Source of the DNA: an uncultured delta proteobacterium
GTDB lineage: Bacteria > Desulfobacterota > Binatia > UBA9968
DNA length: 64,000 nt
Reading direction: 5' to 3'
Assembly: GCA_963745835.1 (NCBI GenBank)
Contig: CAVUZH010000013.1
Coordinates: forward strand, 448,001 to 512,000
A model generated the notes under the pieces. That model did not search any database, was not told the origin of the DNA, and was given only the letters and a program-made list of their open reading frames with translations. Positions 60,514 to 64,000 of this stretch are shown in pieces (position 1 is the stretch's first letter; every line of letters starts with the position of its first letter). A program made the position numbers and the translations under genes.

Positions 60514-61347
60514 CTAGAAAGGACTCTTACGCCCGGCCGCTATCGCGTTCAGTTCCGCGCTATAATTCTTGGCGGAATCGTAGATGATTAACGGCGGCAG
60601 GATATCGACGCCTTTTCGCCCGCCTTTAACGGCTTCGACCAGAACCATCGATGCCTTGGCATCGGAAAAAGCATGAACGCTTCGCAAGCGCTTCGGTTCA
60701 AGCCCGAAGCTTCGCATCGTGCTCACTAAATCGACTGTGCGATCTCCCAGATGAATACATGCAAAGCAGCCTTTATTCTTTGCCAAGAACGCTGCGGCCC
60801 TGACAAAATCATCGAGACTGGCTTTGATTTCATGACGAGCAATTTGCTTTTCGCAAGAAAAGCTCAAACGGCCGCTACTGGCTTGCCTGTAAGGGGGATT
60901 ACAGACGACCACGTCGAAGCTTTCAGGTTTGAAGCGCTCCACAGTCATTGCAATATCGATTTGCGCGATTACGATACGATCTTCGTAGCCGTTGAGGCGA
61001 ATGTTTCGCGTCGCGCGATCCGCCATCTGCCCCTGAATCTCGACTCCTGTAAGCAAGATCGACGGATAGCGGTAGGCCAAGATCAGCGGCACCACTCCGT
61101 TACCAGTGCCCAAGTCGATCACTTTATTTCCGGATCGAATTGTCGCGAAATCGGCCAAGAGAATGGAATCGACGGAAAATCGATAACCCTGCTTCTTCTG
61201 ATATAGCTGCAGGGCGCCGCCGAAAAGCGCATCCAGTGTCTCATCACTTGCCGGAGCCACCGATGAAAACGCCGCAGCAGAGAATCGACCGGGCCGCGCT
61301 GGTTGTGCGTCGGCATCTATCTCGCTCATGCCAAAAATCTTTTTCAT
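60514..61347 (-). CDS. tRNA1(Val) (adenine37-N6)-methyltransferase-like protein
   Basis: GYRFSVDSILLA, DLGTGNG, CNPPY, ARHEI; start uncertain. Confidence 0.85.
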   Translation of the reverse strand: MKKIFGMSEIDADAQPARPGRFSAAAFSSVAPASDETLDALFGGALQLYQKKQGYRFSVDSILLADFATIRSGNKVIDLGTGNGVVPLILAYRYPSILLTGVEIQGQMADRATRNIRLNGYEDRIVIAQIDIAMTVERFKPESFDVVVCNPPYRQASSGRLSFSCEKQIARHEIKASLDDFVRAAAFLAKNKGCFACIHLGDRTVDLVSTMRSFGLEPKRLRSVHAFSDAKASMVLVEAVKGGRKGVDILPPLIIYDSAKNYSAELNAIAAGRKSPF

Positions 61348-61417
61348 GCTTGCAAAGCGCAGCAGACTTCTATATTTAGTCTGAATCCACTAGCATCGTT
61401 CTTCCTCAACAAAACGC

Positions 61418-62188
61418 ATGGTTCCGTTCCTAGGCCGAATCGGCCGTTATGCCATCGATCAGATTGCCGGGATGGGAAGAATGTTTCTCTTTCTCATCTC
61501 AGCCATCCTGCAAGCCTTTCGCGCGCCGGCAAAACTTCGTCTGATCGTTTACCACATCAAGACCATTGGCGTGGATTCTCTTTCAGTCGTCGCTCTATCA
61601 GGGTTTTTTACCGGCATGGTGATGGGCTTTCAAGGCTACTACAGCTTGAGGCAGTTCAACGCCGAGAGCTGGCTCGGCTCCGCCACCGCACTAAGTTTAT
61701 TACGCGAGCTCGGCCCCGTTCTCTCGGCATTCATGGTCACCGGAAGAACCGGCTCCGCGATGGCCGCGGAGTTGGGCACCATGCGTGCCACCGAGCAGAT
61801 CGATGCTCTTTATTCCATGGCGATCAATCCGATCAAGTATCTAGTTACTCCGCGCATCGTCGCCAGCCTAATCGCCATGCCGATGCTCACGGCGATTTTC
61901 AATGTCATCGGAATCTTCGGCTCGTATGCCGTCGGTGTCGGAATCCTTGGTGTCAGCTCGGGCAGTTTTTTTTCCGGCATGGAAAACAGTGTCGTTTTTC
62001 ACGACGTTTACAGCGGAATGATCAAATCGGTCTGTTTTGGTCTGATCATTACCTGGATCTGCTGCTACAAAGGATTTCATGCTCCACCGATGGCGACGGG
62101 AGTGAGCCAGGCCACCACCGAATCGGTGGTTCTTTCTTTCGTCTTCATCCTGGTTTGGGATTACTTTCTTACGTCAATCATGTTGTAG
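61418..62188 (+). CDS. mlaE: MlaE family lipid ABC transporter permease
   Basis: RELGPV, GRTGSAMAAELGTM, EQIDAL, PRI. Confidence 0.93.
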   Translation: MVPFLGRIGRYAIDQIAGMGRMFLFLISAILQAFRAPAKLRLIVYHIKTIGVDSLSVVALSGFFTGMVMGFQGYYSLRQFNAESWLGSATALSLLRELGPVLSAFMVTGRTGSAMAAELGTMRATEQIDALYSMAINPIKYLVTPRIVASLIAMPMLTAIFNVIGIFGSYAVGVGILGVSSGSFFSGMENSVVFHDVYSGMIKSVCFGLIITWICCYKGFHAPPMATGVSQATTESVVLSFVFILVWDYFLTSIML

Positions 62189-62192
62189 CCCG

Positions 62193-62939
62193 ATGATAAA
62201 GGTCGTTAATTTACACAAAAGCTTTGGCCGGCAAAAGGTTCTCAAAGGTGTGAACCTTGAGTTCTCCACGGGAAAAATCACCACCATCGTCGGAACCAGT
62301 GGTTGTGGCAAGACGGTACTGTTGAAACATTTGAACGCCTTACTCCTGCCCGACGCAGGTGAAGTTCTGGTCAACGGGATCGACATCACCAAGCTCGGCC
62401 AAAAGGAATTGTATCGGATCCGGGCCAAATTCGGTGTGCTTTTTCAAGGCGCTGCGCTACTCGATTCGATGACGGTCTTCGACAATGTCGGTTTTCCATT
62501 GCGCGAGAAAACACGGATGAGTGAGAGCGAAGTGAAGACCAAAGTCGCCGACCGGCTGGAGCAGGTCGGATTGGGCGAAATGGGACATAAGCTACCGGCG
62601 GAACTGAGCGGCGGAATGAGAAAACGCGCCGGCTTGGCGCGCGCCCTCATCATGGACCCTGAAATCGTCCTGTTTGACGAGCCTACCACCGGTCTCGACC
62701 CGGTGCTGGCAACAGGCATTCACCAACTCATATCAAGAACTCAAAATGATTTCGGCTACACGGGGATTATCGTCAGTCACACGATTCCACAGGTCTTCGA
62801 TATCTCCGACTACATCGTTATGCTTGCCGGCGGCGTTGTTGAAGAGGTCGCCCCGCCGCAAGCTTTCAGCGCGTCCGAAAATCCGATTGTGCAGCAATTT
62901 ATTCACGGCAGAACTGAAGGGCCCATCGAGGTCTTGTAG
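62193..62939 (+). CDS. mlaF: MlaF family ABC transporter ATP-binding protein
   Basis: GTSGCGKT, LFQGAAL, LSGGMRKR, DEPTTGLDP. Confidence 0.93.
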   Translation: MIKVVNLHKSFGRQKVLKGVNLEFSTGKITTIVGTSGCGKTVLLKHLNALLLPDAGEVLVNGIDITKLGQKELYRIRAKFGVLFQGAALLDSMTVFDNVGFPLREKTRMSESEVKTKVADRLEQVGLGEMGHKLPAELSGGMRKRAGLARALIMDPEIVLFDEPTTGLDPVLATGIHQLISRTQNDFGYTGIIVSHTIPQVFDISDYIVMLAGGVVEEVAPPQAFSASENPIVQQFIHGRTEGPIEVL

Positions 62940-62948
62940 GAGATTGAA

Positions 62949-63410
62949 GTGAACCATTCACGCACTGACATCATCGTCGGTATTTTTGTGCTCGCCGGGG
63001 CCATCTGCCTCGGCTATCTCGCCATACGCCTCGGCAAGGTAGAATTGTTCGGCGCTACCGGCTACGTCGTATACGCCGACTTCTCTTCGGTCGCAGGATT
63101 GAAAGTCGGTGACCCTGTAGAAATCGCCGGTGTCAGAATCGGCAAAGTAGAATCGCTCGGTTTGGTTGACGATCGCGCGCGTGTCGCTATACGGATGGAC
63201 CCCGATGTGAAGCTCCAGGACGACGTCATTGCGTCGGTACGCGCCCGCGGTCTCATCGGCGACAAATTTGTCTTGATCGCACCGGGAGCTTCGGATAACA
63301 TTATCCCGCCCGGAGGCAAGATCAGAGAAACCGAATCGCCCCAAGACATTACGGATCTCATCGGCAAGTTTGTCGGCGGAGATCTCACATCCAAAAAAGA
63401 CGAACAATGA
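62949..63410 (+). CDS. mlaD: MlaD (MCE domain) protein
   Basis: N-terminal TM; GLKVGDPVEIAGVRIGKV, GLIGDKF. Confidence 0.93.
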   Translation: MNHSRTDIIVGIFVLAGAICLGYLAIRLGKVELFGATGYVVYADFSSVAGLKVGDPVEIAGVRIGKVESLGLVDDRARVAIRMDPDVKLQDDVIASVRARGLIGDKFVLIAPGASDNIIPPGGKIRETESPQDITDLIGKFVGGDLTSKKDEQ

Positions 63411-64000
63411 CGAAATCATTCTGGCATCTTCTTGTGCTTTCATCGCTGATGTTTTTAAGCGACCCCGTATCATCTATGGCGGGACCACCAACCGATCAGA
63501 TCAAGGCGACGGTGGATAACGCTGTTGGGCTACTCAGAGAGGCCCGGAACACGACCGCGGAGACCAAAGACCGTCGCGAGCAGCTGAGACAAATTCTTTT
63601 TACCCGGTTCGACTTTTCTGAAATGGCCCGGCGCGCGTTAGGCGCTCATTGGCGCCGGCGCGCTGCCACCGAGCAACAGGAATTCGTCCAGCTATTCACT
63701 GAGCTGCTCGAACGTCAATACGCTGGCATCATAGAGTCCTATACCGATGAGAAAATCGTCTACGTCGGCGAAAGAACCGATGGCGCGTTTGCCGAAGTAA
63801 ACAGCAAGATATTCACCGCCAAAGGTCAGGAGTTGTCGATCAACTACAAGGCTCAGTTGGTCGGCCAGGAGTGGAAGGTTTATGATGTTATCGCCGAAGA
63901 AATCAGCCTGGTCAACAATTTTCGCTCTCAATTTAACCGCGTAATCTCCAGCTCCTCCTACGAGGAGTTGGTCCGACGGCTTAGGGAAAAGCAGGCGGAC
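63407..64000 (+). CDS. mlaC: MlaC/Ttg2D lipid-binding protein (runs off the window)
   Basis: Manual translation from ATG 63407 overlapping the mlaD stop: signal peptide, FDFSEMARRALGAHW, WKVYDV, SLVNNFRSQF. Confidence 0.9.
   Translation, partial: MTKSFWHLLVLSSLMFLSDPVSSMAGPPTDQIKATVDNAVGLLREARNTTAETKDRREQLRQILFTRFDFSEMARRALGAHWRRRAATEQQEFVQLFTELLERQYAGIIESYTDEKIVYVGERTDGAFAEVNSKIFTAKGQELSINYKAQLVGQEWKVYDVIAEEISLVNNFRSQFNRVISSSSYEELVRRLREKQAD

Noticed and set aside
61303-62196. 297-aa alternative-frame ORF over mlaE
   Set aside because: Arg/His-rich off-frame translation typical of GC-rich genes.

Overview
A 64-kb stretch of a moderately GC-rich bacterial chromosome. Gene content (paralogous catabolic enzymes, orphan NMT1/Fe-type solute-binding proteins, rpsO-pnp-M16-dut order, class II RNR, mlaEFDC) suggests a deltaproteobacteria-like lineage such as Candidatus Binatia; this is inference only. 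Positions 1-45 kb are accessory and metabolic: three ornithine cyclodeaminase/mu-crystallin paralogs, two MFS transporters, a hybrid sensor kinase, two DUF72 proteins, redox enzymes, amidohydrolases, a ThDP enzyme, two apparently exported methyltransferases, a SWIM-SNF2 helicase, AbgT, a hydantoinase/oxoprolinase A+B+B cluster and a stand-alone SWIB protein. Positions 45-64 kb are housekeeping: purF, purL, purQ, purS, purB, dut, M16 peptidase, pnp, rpsO, nrdJ with tandem NrdR boxes, dciA, a tRNA methyltransferase and mlaEFDC. I saw no rRNA, tRNA, CRISPR array, prophage or transposase, and no single clearly novel multi-gene system. The best leads are: a diverged tandem duplication of the purQ translation start that creates an overlapping 34-codon upstream ORF; four clustered +1 frameshifts in purL/purF (probably sequence errors); one hydantoinase A gene with two B genes separated by a 9-mer repeat family; a cysteine-less arylmalonate decarboxylase/maleate isomerase homolog; a MITE-like element; and signal-peptide-bearing SAM methyltransferases. 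All calls are by eye from motifs; no database search was run.
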